IMG/VR virus record: IMGVR_UViG_3300032093_000060
Location: 1 to 64,000 of that record
Strand: one strand, 5' to 3'
DNA length: 64,000 nt
From: a virus
Each line of letters begins with the position of its first letter. Position 1 is the first letter of the stretch. Under the pieces are notes generated by a model, which made no database searches, was not told the origin of the DNA, and worked only from the letters and a program-made list of their open reading frames with translations. Below are positions 20,329 through 30,082 of the stretch, piece after piece. Both the position numbers and the translations under genes were made by a program.

Positions 20329-23300
20329 CTATTTTGGTTTACATTTATTAATATTATCTTCTTTACTCTTATTTTTCAATGCTGCTAATCTATCTTTTTT
20401 AGACATTGTAGATGCATTTTGTTTTGCTTGATTGATTAACTCAGGATTGTCTGCAAAATCTTTAATACTGCTTTTTGAAATTGTTGAATTTTCTTTTTCT
20501 TCTAGTGTGGGTTCCATAACTTCTTCTTCTACTTTTAATGCTTCTTCTGTAGTTTTAGTAAAGCTAGATTTTATCTGTGCATCAGTAAAAGTTTTCTGTC
20601 TTGGTTTACCATTTTGAATATTCTGAACTTGGTTAACAGTTACTTTACCATCTGCTTTTTTCTTAACTACTACTATTTCATTTTCAGTGATACCAAAGAT
20701 AGGATTTTTGCTAATAAGATAATCACCTACATTAATATTTTCCTCTGATGTATCAATATTTAATGCTTTCTTTCTCATGAAATATACATTCTCAATCATA
20801 TCTGTTGCCTCTATACTTGTTTCTGCAGATATTGCAAAAATTGCATCAGTATATGCTTTTTCTAATTCTGCTAAATCCTTAGCAGATTTAATAGCATCAA
20901 TTAGTTTTACAAACTCTTCTACTGAGATTGATTCAATATCAAATGTAATACCTGACTTACCAGCAAGCAATGCTTTTCTTTCTTCTTCACTAAGTTCATC
21001 CTCCTCATTTACATTAGTTTCGGTAGTTTCTAAAGCAGATAATTTTGTTTCAAGTGTTTTCTTTCTAGCCATGATCTTTTCATATTCAGGAGAATATGTT
21101 ACCATGCTACCGACAGTTATAACTCCACCATTTGGAAGTGCCGCTAACTTTTTATCTTGATCAGCAATTTGTTTTTTTAACTTTTTAATTTCAGCTTGTT
21201 TTTGAGCTTCAGTTAATACAGGTATAGATGGTGTCTCATCTATATTTTCTGGTTTTAAATTTTCTGGAAGAGCAGGAGCTTTCATAATTACACCATTCTC
21301 TGCTAAGACATTATCATCAATAGGAGTAAGTGGCATTGTTGTAGCCTTTTCTAAGTTCTTAACTCTTTTTTCTAATGCTTCAATCTCCTCAGTGTTTGGC
21401 GCAGTTGCTTTTTTAAGTGCAAGTATTTTATTATTTAGTTCTCTAATAACAGGAAGATTTAATTTCTTAGCTGCTGATTCAGCACTTAATATATTACCAT
21501 CCATATCAGTTGTTAATTCAACCGGTAGAATTGATATATTATTGGCTAATTGTCCAGTCATATTAAATATTAATGCTCTATACAAAGAGAGTTGTAATCT
21601 ATATGCAAACTTTTTACTGTAAGGATTATTCTCATCATTAAAAGATGCCCAGTTTTCAGGCTTACCTGTTTTAATATCTATGATTTTAAGATTGCCCTTT
21701 TTATCAATAGCAATTAAGTCCATAGCACCAACTAGTCCTGACTCAAGTAAAGTAGGATCATATAGGATAACATCTTGTGAAATAATATCAAACTCACCAT
21801 CTATAGCTGCATCTTGTAGCTCAGTCACTATTCCTCTATCACCAAATAGATTATCATAGGCTTGTTGACTCATTTTAGCTGGCTTCTCAGGTCTCATAAA
21901 CTTACCATTCTTATCCAAAGTAAATGCAACACGTGTCATTGCATCCACTGTATTACCAGCAATGGTAGATTCATCATGAGCAATATCTTTAACAACAGCA
22001 ACTAATGTATCTTCTGTAAATCTATTATCTAATGCTTTTTTGATTTTATTAATCTTTCTCTGACTTTTTAGTTGTTTTAACTTATTATTTTTTAACTCAC
22101 TTTCAAGAGCTTGAATAAATAAATTAACTCTTTCTGCATCAGAGGCAATAGCATCATCTTCTTTAATAGCTCTAAAGATAGAAATCAATTGACCTTGAGG
22201 TTTTCCTGTTTTAGCATCAACCCCTGGTTCTTTAATAGCAGCATATAGGTAAGCTTCTTTCTGATTGATTTTATTATCTATCTCTTCTGTAAGTTTTGTT
22301 ACCCGCATTGGTCTACCGTCTACTCCTGGAAACTCATAACCAATTGTATTTCCTTCTGCATCTAAAACTCTTGTAACTCCACCTTGTTTGTTAACTACCA
22401 TCTCTTCAAAAATTCTGAAGACTTGTTGATATTTACTTTTTGGTTTAGTATTTAATCTCAAGTAGTTTAGATATTTTCCTAACTCCTTTATATCATTTTT
22501 TATATTTCTTGATTGTTCTGCAGTTAGAGGTTTATCATTATAGTTATTTTTTCTAAGAATATTTTCTAACTCATCTCTCATCAATCGAATTCTAGTTAAA
22601 CCATATTCAGTAATTGGTTTCTTTAAAGGCAAAAATTTAATGTTTGGTAAAGCTGATTCAAGATCCATAGGTCTTTCATTGTAAGCTTTAATCATTTGTT
22701 TTTGTTCTGGTTTTTCAAGCCAGTTATTCCTTAAAAGATTATATTGTTCAGGATTTACTCTTTCTAAATCTTTTGGTTTACCTAAACCTTGTGGAGCAGG
22801 TGAAGTTAAATACTCATCAAAAGCTATTTGTAACTCTGCTCTAAGATCATCAGGAAGTTCATTCCATGGTGCATTAAGATCTACCTCATCTGAAGTTGTT
22901 TTTTTAGATGGTGCTTGTGGTCTTGGTGGAGTATCTTCTGTAGATTCAGTAATTTGATCTTTTAATTTTTTTACAAGAGCATCATACCTTCTATTGGTTG
23001 TCTCAATTTGTTTTTGATAATCTTTCCAGGCATCAGTTGTTTCAATTGGTCTAACTGTTTCAGATTCTTCAACAGGCTCAATGGTATTTAATTCAGCAAT
23101 TTTATCATTGAATATTTGATTAAGACCAAATTTCATTTCAACTGCTCTAAGTCTTTCTTCATCAGAGTAGTCTTCTTTACTTAATGTCTTAAGAAATTTT
23201 TTAGCTTCTTTAGTGTTATCAGCAATAGCTTTATCTTTTATCTCAGCCCAATTTTCAGGAATAAGATTCTGTTCAGCTAAAGCTTCATATAGTTCATTTA

Positions 23301-26300
23301 ATTCTTCAGGTGTTTTAGCAAGTTCAACTTGTTTTTGCAATCCTATTAAATCATCTATCTCAGCTTTTATTTCCTCTGCTGTTTTACCTTCAGTAGTAGA
23401 AGGTTCCATTTCCTCCCATTCTTCTACTGTTTGCCCAGTAGTTGCTACTAAATTTTCTTCAAACTGAGATTTTAATTTTTCTAGTTGTTTATCTCTTCTC
23501 TCAATCAGTTGAGCAATTCTGATTTGAAGTTCAGCATTTTTTGCTTCTTCTCTCATCATGCCCTCAAACTCTTTTAGGTCTTGGTATTTATCAAGAACTG
23601 CCATATACCGGTCATAAGCTAAACTTCCTTCTGGTATAACTAATTGTCTTTTTTCATCATAGAATTCTGCAGGAGGGACACCCTCATCTCTAAACCTAAT
23701 AAAATCACTTGATGACATGAAGATACCTTGGTTAGCTAAATAATTTAGTAAACCATTGTCTTCTATATTTGATAACTCTTCTTTAACTATATCTCTATAG
23801 TAATCTCCTCTTTTAAGCCAGAGGTCTGTCATCCATTTTTCATTTCTATAATAAACATCTAGAAAGCCTTGAGGGTCATTCATTACATTTATTACATCCA
23901 CCATTGCTCTTGACTCATCATTGAGTTTATAAAAGTCAAGTACAAGTTCAAAAGAGTCTTCTACTTGATTGTTAAAGAGTGGATCATTAGATTTTGAGGC
24001 AAAAGTTTTTAATAAATTTTTATATTCAGATTCTAAATTATTTAATATTCTTGCTTCTATCTGCTCATTTTTTGGACCGAATCTATCTTCTATAAATTCA
24101 TTTACTTCTTCTTCAGTTACAGTTTCACCTTCAGCTTTTTGTGACTGAAGCATTGCTTTAATTTGCGGGTAAGATCTATCCCTACTATAGTAGTCACTAA
24201 ATTCTTGATATGCAATATAATATTTTTCAAAAGCTGCAGCTTGATTTAATTTTTCCTTTGCCATTTTTTTAGACTCAGGATCACCCACGGCTAATAAATT
24301 GTTAGCTTCATTTTTTAATAAGCCAACTTCATTATACATTTCTTCCGGTCTAAGTATAACATCAGACTCTCTTTTAGTCATATTTTTTAATGGTCTTTGC
24401 TCATAATGTTTATCCATTACACCAACCATTCTTTCTCTTACATCATCAAATACTTCATTATAGAATACTGCAGATTTAACTCCCCAGTTCCAAGCATGAT
24501 GCATAATGTAAGCTTCTTCATAATCATCATCATCTTTATTATACTTAGTTAGATCAATTGGATTAGGATATACTTTATCATAGAATTGTAGTTTTTCACT
24601 TATGCCTTTAGCTTTTTTAACAACAGTATCAATTCTACCCTTATATTTTGATACATCTTCATCAGCAATTTGAGGAAAAGCTTCTTTAAATTCAGCATTA
24701 GTCATATCTTTATAACTATCAACTGCATCCAAATAAAGATCTAAGACACCATAGTCATGTAACATCATCATGTGTTGTGACAATGCTTCTGTCTCAGCAT
24801 CCATTGTTTCTTTTTTATTACCACTTTGTTGTACCTTACTTAATATGTCTTGCACACCTCCATTAAATAAACGGCTATTAACCAGTTCTTCAACTCCAAA
24901 GGCATTCATATTATCTACAAGTTCCTTTACTATTTTATTTTTTCCTAACTTATATTCTTCATATCCTTTTGGATCAAATATCTGATTTGCTTTTTCATAT
25001 AGAAATGACATAGTTTTATTAAGTCCACCAGCTACACTACCCATTGCAAAACCAGACAAGAATACTGATGCTCCCTCTTTAGAGAACTGATTTGCTAAAC
25101 CTTCTCCATAGTAACTAGTTGGAGTACTTCCCTCACCAAATAATTTCCCAAAGAAAGATGCCTTTGAAATTAAATTTTTTCTAACCGGTGTTGTATAAAA
25201 TGTATCTTTATAATACTTTTCATTAGCAAATGAAATAGTTTCTTGTACTGATTCTTGTAAACCTTCAGCAAAATTAGCTTTTAAATATCCAACAGTTCCC
25301 CATACAGATTTATGAAAGGGATCTGTTTTCCATTTGTTCCACCAAGATTTAAAACCTTTTTCTGCAAATTTCCATTCATTCTTAGCAACATCAAATACAA
25401 CATCACCAAGCTCACCAAACCTTCCTCCACCAATTGTTTTCCAGTCTACAAGTCTTTGCTTTAAAAATCCTTGTGAACCAACTCTTGGATTTAATATATT
25501 ATCAAAAGAAATTTTATTTGTAAAATAAATCAATCCAGCATTTACTGCTGATGTTTCAAAACCACCCTGTTTTGCTTGAGCAATAATATCTTTTAACTCA
25601 TCATCATTTGGATTTCTTCCGTTTTTAATTTGATGTTCTGAATATAAATCATCAAATATTTTATTATAAACAAACCCTGCTTCAAGTCGTGCTTCTGATA
25701 ATGCTAGATTCATATTTCTAAAATCTCTATATGCTGCCCCAGCTGTATTAACTAATTGTCTTCCTGATTGCATATAACCAGTAAAGTCATCTGTTGCATT
25801 CATTAAAGAGTAATAGTTATCTGTTAAGTTACTTAAGGGATTAAGAACTTTACCAACAGGAGATGTAATAGTTTTTTGAAATTTACTTATACCATTTGTA
25901 GCTTCCCATTCTTTTCTAACTGCATTTATGTCTTTTAAATCTTTTAGTTTTTGAGCATAAGTTCCAATTCCATCAAATGCTTTTCCTGCTTGATATTCTT
26001 TGAACAATAAATTTGCAGCTTTTGTTGTAACAGCTTTAGCACCAGTTAGAGCATTTATTCCAGCACCAACCCAGTTTTCCAAAAGAGCTGTTGCCATTAT
26101 ACCAAATGTATAACTGGCATTTATAACAAGGTTGTTAAAGAAAGAACCAAGATTATCTTTAGAGGAATAGTTCTTTGCATTTATTCTAGCATAATCCCTT
26201 GCTAGTGCAGCATCCTCCCCAAAAAAATCACCCTCATTAAATATTTTACTCATACTAGCATAGGAACTTTTAAATCCATTCCATGCCATTGGTAAAACTG

Positions 26301-26742
26301 CTTGAGTTATTGTTCTATATGTGTCACCTAAAAAATTTGTATTTCTGTTAAGCATAGTTTCATTATCCCTTAATGGGTGAAACTCTCTTTTTCCATACTC
26401 TTGAAGATCAGCATATCTATCATAAAATGTTCCATTTGGGCCCGCATCATATGAATATACTTTTGACCACTCATTATTATCTTGAAACCCTTGATTAAAA
26501 CTTCTTAAGTACTCTCTCTTAGCAGCTACATCATCTTGATGGTTATAACTACCTGGATTTGGAGGTGGTACTTGAGAAGGTAATAATCCAGGGGATTTAC
26601 CAGTTACTCTTTTCTGAACTTGTATTGGATCAGGTAATGGATCTGTAATATTAAGACTTGAGACAATAGGTTTTACATCAGGCTTTTGATAAAGACTATT
26701 TACACTATTTTCAAAACTGTTTTCAAAACTATTTTCCCCCAT
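20329..26742 (-). CDS. Giant virion cargo protein with PD-(D/E)xK nuclease domain
   Basis: 2137 aa. N-terminal Gly/Ala-rich helices with EGLQESVQ, coiled coils, then GAMDLIAID..KIIDIKTG...QLSLY at ~21580-21735. Confidence 0.72.
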   Translation of the reverse strand: MGENSFENSFENSVNSLYQKPDVKPIVSSLNITDPLPDPIQVQKRVTGKSPGLLPSQVPPPNPGSYNHQDDVAAKREYLRSFNQGFQDNNEWSKVYSYDAGPNGTFYDRYADLQEYGKREFHPLRDNETMLNRNTNFLGDTYRTITQAVLPMAWNGFKSSYASMSKIFNEGDFFGEDAALARDYARINAKNYSSKDNLGSFFNNLVINASYTFGIMATALLENWVGAGINALTGAKAVTTKAANLLFKEYQAGKAFDGIGTYAQKLKDLKDINAVRKEWEATNGISKFQKTITSPVGKVLNPLSNLTDNYYSLMNATDDFTGYMQSGRQLVNTAGAAYRDFRNMNLALSEARLEAGFVYNKIFDDLYSEHQIKNGRNPNDDELKDIIAQAKQGGFETSAVNAGLIYFTNKISFDNILNPRVGSQGFLKQRLVDWKTIGGGRFGELGDVVFDVAKNEWKFAEKGFKSWWNKWKTDPFHKSVWGTVGYLKANFAEGLQESVQETISFANEKYYKDTFYTTPVRKNLISKASFFGKLFGEGSTPTSYYGEGLANQFSKEGASVFLSGFAMGSVAGGLNKTMSFLYEKANQIFDPKGYEEYKLGKNKIVKELVDNMNAFGVEELVNSRLFNGGVQDILSKVQQSGNKKETMDAETEALSQHMMMLHDYGVLDLYLDAVDSYKDMTNAEFKEAFPQIADEDVSKYKGRIDTVVKKAKGISEKLQFYDKVYPNPIDLTKYNKDDDDYEEAYIMHHAWNWGVKSAVFYNEVFDDVRERMVGVMDKHYEQRPLKNMTKRESDVILRPEEMYNEVGLLKNEANNLLAVGDPESKKMAKEKLNQAAAFEKYYIAYQEFSDYYSRDRSYPQIKAMLQSQKAEGETVTEEEVNEFIEDRFGPKNEQIEARILNNLESEYKNLLKTFASKSNDPLFNNQVEDSFELVLDFYKLNDESRAMVDVINVMNDPQGFLDVYYRNEKWMTDLWLKRGDYYRDIVKEELSNIEDNGLLNYLANQGIFMSSSDFIRFRDEGVPPAEFYDEKRQLVIPEGSLAYDRYMAVLDKYQDLKEFEGMMREEAKNAELQIRIAQLIERRDKQLEKLKSQFEENLVATTGQTVEEWEEMEPSTTEGKTAEEIKAEIDDLIGLQKQVELAKTPEELNELYEALAEQNLIPENWAEIKDKAIADNTKEAKKFLKTLSKEDYSDEERLRAVEMKFGLNQIFNDKIAELNTIEPVEESETVRPIETTDAWKDYQKQIETTNRRYDALVKKLKDQITESTEDTPPRPQAPSKKTTSDEVDLNAPWNELPDDLRAELQIAFDEYLTSPAPQGLGKPKDLERVNPEQYNLLRNNWLEKPEQKQMIKAYNERPMDLESALPNIKFLPLKKPITEYGLTRIRLMRDELENILRKNNYNDKPLTAEQSRNIKNDIKELGKYLNYLRLNTKPKSKYQQVFRIFEEMVVNKQGGVTRVLDAEGNTIGYEFPGVDGRPMRVTKLTEEIDNKINQKEAYLYAAIKEPGVDAKTGKPQGQLISIFRAIKEDDAIASDAERVNLFIQALESELKNNKLKQLKSQRKINKIKKALDNRFTEDTLVAVVKDIAHDESTIAGNTVDAMTRVAFTLDKNGKFMRPEKPAKMSQQAYDNLFGDRGIVTELQDAAIDGEFDIISQDVILYDPTLLESGLVGAMDLIAIDKKGNLKIIDIKTGKPENWASFNDENNPYSKKFAYRLQLSLYRALIFNMTGQLANNISILPVELTTDMDGNILSAESAAKKLNLPVIRELNNKILALKKATAPNTEEIEALEKRVKNLEKATTMPLTPIDDNVLAENGVIMKAPALPENLKPENIDETPSIPVLTEAQKQAEIKKLKKQIADQDKKLAALPNGGVITVGSMVTYSPEYEKIMARKKTLETKLSALETTETNVNEEDELSEEERKALLAGKSGITFDIESISVEEFVKLIDAIKSAKDLAELEKAYTDAIFAISAETSIEATDMIENVYFMRKKALNIDTSEENINVGDYLISKNPIFGITENEIVVVKKKADGKVTVNQVQNIQNGKPRQKTFTDAQIKSSFTKTTEEALKVEEEVMEPTLEEKENSTISKSSIKDFADNPELINQAKQNASTMSKKDRLAALKNKSKEDNINKCKPK

Positions 26743-29700
26743 ATTGTCTTCTTGTTTGATTTACAGAAATTTGATTTTGCATAGCAAAATTATTAAAATA
26801 AGCATCTCTATGTGCTCTAAGATTAACTCCCATGTTTGATAAATTGTCTATATCTTTATCAAAGACAACCTTTCCTTTATTAGGATCATATGAAGCAAAA
26901 ACTGATTCTACAACAATATTTCCTCCATTACCCATTTTATAATTAACTGAATAACCAGGAAGTCTAGGATCAGTATAAGTTACACCTTCACCACCAGCTC
27001 TTTCAATGTTTATCATTTCACGTGACTTGAAAGAGTTTTTAAACATTGTAAGATTTGATAAATTATTTGCATCTGTAATAATTGTAATACCATTTTTAAG
27101 TACATCATTATATACATCTTTATTCATTAATCCTACTCCTTTTTCATCTTGTTTAAATTTCTTTAAATATTCTTCTGGTAGTCTAAATTGAATTGCAGCT
27201 TTACCCATATCTTGTCCAGCTATAGGAGATGTAACAACTTGAAATGATTTTAATACGTCATTTTTCTTATTCGTTCTTTGTTTTAAATCTGCCCATATTC
27301 CATTCCATATTTCATTATTTTCTTTAGGATCTTCAATACCTTTATCTTTACCCATTGGAAGAAAAGATTTATTTACACCCTCAAAAGAAATATAAGTACT
27401 ACCGTCATCTCTTCCAGTATCTAAGTTTCTAAGGGTTTTTGCAACTTCTAAGTAATGCTGATATGTAGGTGAAAAAACTCCTGGTTGAATAGTAATTCCA
27501 GCACCATTAGCAGTATATAAACCTGTCCCTTGTTTTTCAAATCCAAGAAACTGACCAACAGCACTATTTTTAAATTGGCCATATAAACCAATTGATGATT
27601 CACCAACTGGATTATTTAATACAGCTAGTGGACTTTTTAGTCTACTATCCTCTACCATACTTTCATAGTCATCTTGCATTGCTTGATATTCTTCTGCAAC
27701 ATTTCTGTGATGTCCTGTCCAAGAATATGAAGCTCTATCAAGTTCAACATCATCACTATCTCCAAACAAACTATTATAACCCAATTCTAAAAGTCCAGTC
27801 CCTACATATGATCCAGCAGCTATAAGACCACCTGCTGCAGCACCAACGGGAATAGTTATTTCAGCAAATGGACCTCCAAGTACTCCAGTAGCAGCACCAG
27901 CTGTACCACCACCAAGAATTGCATTTACAAGACCACCCCATGACATACCATCCTGTGTACTCACTTCATCCGGATGTTCCATGGCTACTTTTGCTTTGAA
28001 TTCTTCTTTTGAACGAGGATTATAATCTTCATCAAAAAGATACTCTGCATACTGAAAACCATCTGCTTTCATATTAGCAATTACTTCTTTAGCATGATTT
28101 TTTTTATCTTGCTTATATGCTTTTAAGTAACCACTATAGTCATTCAAATCATGACCTAAAGAAATCATTTTTGCTACTGTTCCACTGTTTCTAATGTTAG
28201 GATTATCTTTTTTCTTAGCAATTATGTTATTCATTCTTTGAGTAAGAGAAATAATTTGCTCTGGTTTTAAAGAACTAAAGTCTCCTTTTTTAAGTTGAGC
28301 TTGAATCTTTTTTCTTTCATCACCCTGTATTTTAGTATTTGCATCTTTAAGAGTTTTAGCAATGGTTGGATCCTGAACTAATATCTTTGAAAAAGCACCT
28401 TTACCTATACCTAACATTTCTTCAACAGGTTTAGCTTTCCCCTTTATACTGTTATCTCCAAATATATAATTCATATCTTCTTTACTTAGAACTCCTTCTT
28501 TTTCAAATTCATCTAGTAAAGCTGTGATTGTTGTTGAAGCCGCAGCTGCATCTTTTTCAAACATCTTATTGACCGCACCTGCTAATTTTTTAGGATCTGT
28601 TTGACCAGTTACTGCCATCATATCGGCTACTGCTTGAACATCAGCAAGTTCTTCTTTTATTACTATTTCACCATTATCTTTTTTTGTATACAGTCCAGAA
28701 TCTAATTTAGCTTTAGTTCCGATTTTGTCTAGTTCAAGAAGGTATTTATAATAAGCTACATCTTTTTGAGCATTTGCTCTTTGCGCTATTAAAGAAGAAT
28801 CATATTGGAATTTTTGTCTTTGTACGGCAAATGGATTTGCATCATATGTTTTTTCATAGTTCATAAATGCAAAATCATTAGCTGCATTATCAAGATCTTC
28901 TTGTAGTAATGAACCAGCTTTTACTGCATCAACTCTACCTCTTAACTCTGTTAAGTCAGCTTTTGATAAATCACTACCCCCTTGACTATTTAGAGTTTTG
29001 TTCATATCACCATCTAACAGTTTCATGTCTTCTTCAGCTTTTTGTAGCAAAGTTCCAATTTGCTCATTAGCTTGTTTATATTTTTCTAATGAAGATGCAG
29101 TAGTTTCTATATCTGTACCATCTTCAATAGACTTCTCCATCTTCTCAATCATTTTATCATTTACATTTTTTTGATTAAGAAGGTAATCTCTATTCTGAAC
29201 AGTTTGATTTTTTAGTATTTTAAGATTTTCATTAATATAATCTCTCTCAGCAGCCATTGCATTTCCACCATATTTTGGTAAATCCTTGTCAGAGGCAATG
29301 GTATCTTTTCTTTTTATATATGCCAATGTTGAATAAAACTCTTTTACACGCGGATCATTCCCTAACTCAGCATAGAACACAGATTTTAATGGGGCTATTA
29401 TTTGTTCTCCATTTTGTTCAGTAACAAGCCAATCTCCTTGAGGAGTTGTGGTCTTTACTTTATACTTCATTTTTTCAGCCATCTCTCTGGCCATCTTTTC
29501 TACATTAACATATGGGGTATATTTTACATCACCGAATGAAGTAAGTTGCTCATATGGAGTATTTTTAAATTCTTCAATTCTATAATCTATGGCTCTTATT
29601 CCATCTCCCCAATACCCATTATATATATCTTCATCAGTAGAATATCTCTTGCCTTCTCCGAGTGACCTTTCAAAAGTTGCATTTTTTGTAAAGGCCATAT

Positions 29701-30022
29701 CTTTCATAAGACTACTATCTTCATAGAAAGGTCTGAATAACTGAGTAGCTTGTTGAACATTCTGGTCTAATGATAAATCTAATCCAGTAATTCTTTTCAG
29801 ATCAAAGTCCATTCTTTTAAAAGTATTATCTCTCTTCTTAATACTTTCACTATGTGTTAAAGGAGCATTTAAAAGTTGTCCATACATACTGTTAAGTCTG
29901 CTCCAGTTTTGATCATACTGAGTTTGCTTTAGCTGTAATACATTAGCTAAAAGATTTAAGTCTGGTTGAGATGCTTGGTAATCAGGTATATAATCTGTAA
30001 CTCCCTGTGGATATTGTGCCAT
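26729..30022 (-). CDS. Virion cargo/ejection protein with glycine-zipper hydrophobic hairpin
   Basis: 1097 aa. N-terminus PDLNLLANVLQLKQTQYD, hairpin GGLVNAILGGGTAGAATGVLGGPF...GAAAGGLIAAG. Overlaps the next gene by 14 nt. Confidence 0.62.
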   Translation of the reverse strand: MAQYPQGVTDYIPDYQASQPDLNLLANVLQLKQTQYDQNWSRLNSMYGQLLNAPLTHSESIKKRDNTFKRMDFDLKRITGLDLSLDQNVQQATQLFRPFYEDSSLMKDMAFTKNATFERSLGEGKRYSTDEDIYNGYWGDGIRAIDYRIEEFKNTPYEQLTSFGDVKYTPYVNVEKMAREMAEKMKYKVKTTTPQGDWLVTEQNGEQIIAPLKSVFYAELGNDPRVKEFYSTLAYIKRKDTIASDKDLPKYGGNAMAAERDYINENLKILKNQTVQNRDYLLNQKNVNDKMIEKMEKSIEDGTDIETTASSLEKYKQANEQIGTLLQKAEEDMKLLDGDMNKTLNSQGGSDLSKADLTELRGRVDAVKAGSLLQEDLDNAANDFAFMNYEKTYDANPFAVQRQKFQYDSSLIAQRANAQKDVAYYKYLLELDKIGTKAKLDSGLYTKKDNGEIVIKEELADVQAVADMMAVTGQTDPKKLAGAVNKMFEKDAAAASTTITALLDEFEKEGVLSKEDMNYIFGDNSIKGKAKPVEEMLGIGKGAFSKILVQDPTIAKTLKDANTKIQGDERKKIQAQLKKGDFSSLKPEQIISLTQRMNNIIAKKKDNPNIRNSGTVAKMISLGHDLNDYSGYLKAYKQDKKNHAKEVIANMKADGFQYAEYLFDEDYNPRSKEEFKAKVAMEHPDEVSTQDGMSWGGLVNAILGGGTAGAATGVLGGPFAEITIPVGAAAGGLIAAGSYVGTGLLELGYNSLFGDSDDVELDRASYSWTGHHRNVAEEYQAMQDDYESMVEDSRLKSPLAVLNNPVGESSIGLYGQFKNSAVGQFLGFEKQGTGLYTANGAGITIQPGVFSPTYQHYLEVAKTLRNLDTGRDDGSTYISFEGVNKSFLPMGKDKGIEDPKENNEIWNGIWADLKQRTNKKNDVLKSFQVVTSPIAGQDMGKAAIQFRLPEEYLKKFKQDEKGVGLMNKDVYNDVLKNGITIITDANNLSNLTMFKNSFKSREMINIERAGGEGVTYTDPRLPGYSVNYKMGNGGNIVVESVFASYDPNKGKVVFDKDIDNLSNMGVNLRAHRDAYFNNFAMQNQISVNQTRRQYGGK

Positions 30023-30038
30023 AATATTTTTATATTAT

Positions 30039-30082
30039 AAAACTATCAAAATTTTTTAAGTTTAATAAACTTAATAAGTTTA
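30039..30082 (-). promoter_or_regulatory. Putative promoter (TTTA-N20-TAGTTTT) with overlapping 17-bp palindrome
   Basis: TAAACTTAATAAGTTTA at 30066-30082 (8-bp arms). Same geometry as 36539-36582. Confidence 0.55.

Noticed and set aside
21500-21970. cas4 or a CRISPR-Cas locus
   Set aside because: No Fe-S cysteines, no other cas genes and no array. It is a domain within a cargo protein.
26700-26736. ENSF x3 12-bp microrepeat at the start of the 2137-aa gene
   Set aside because: Short, imperfect and in-frame, with no sign of function.
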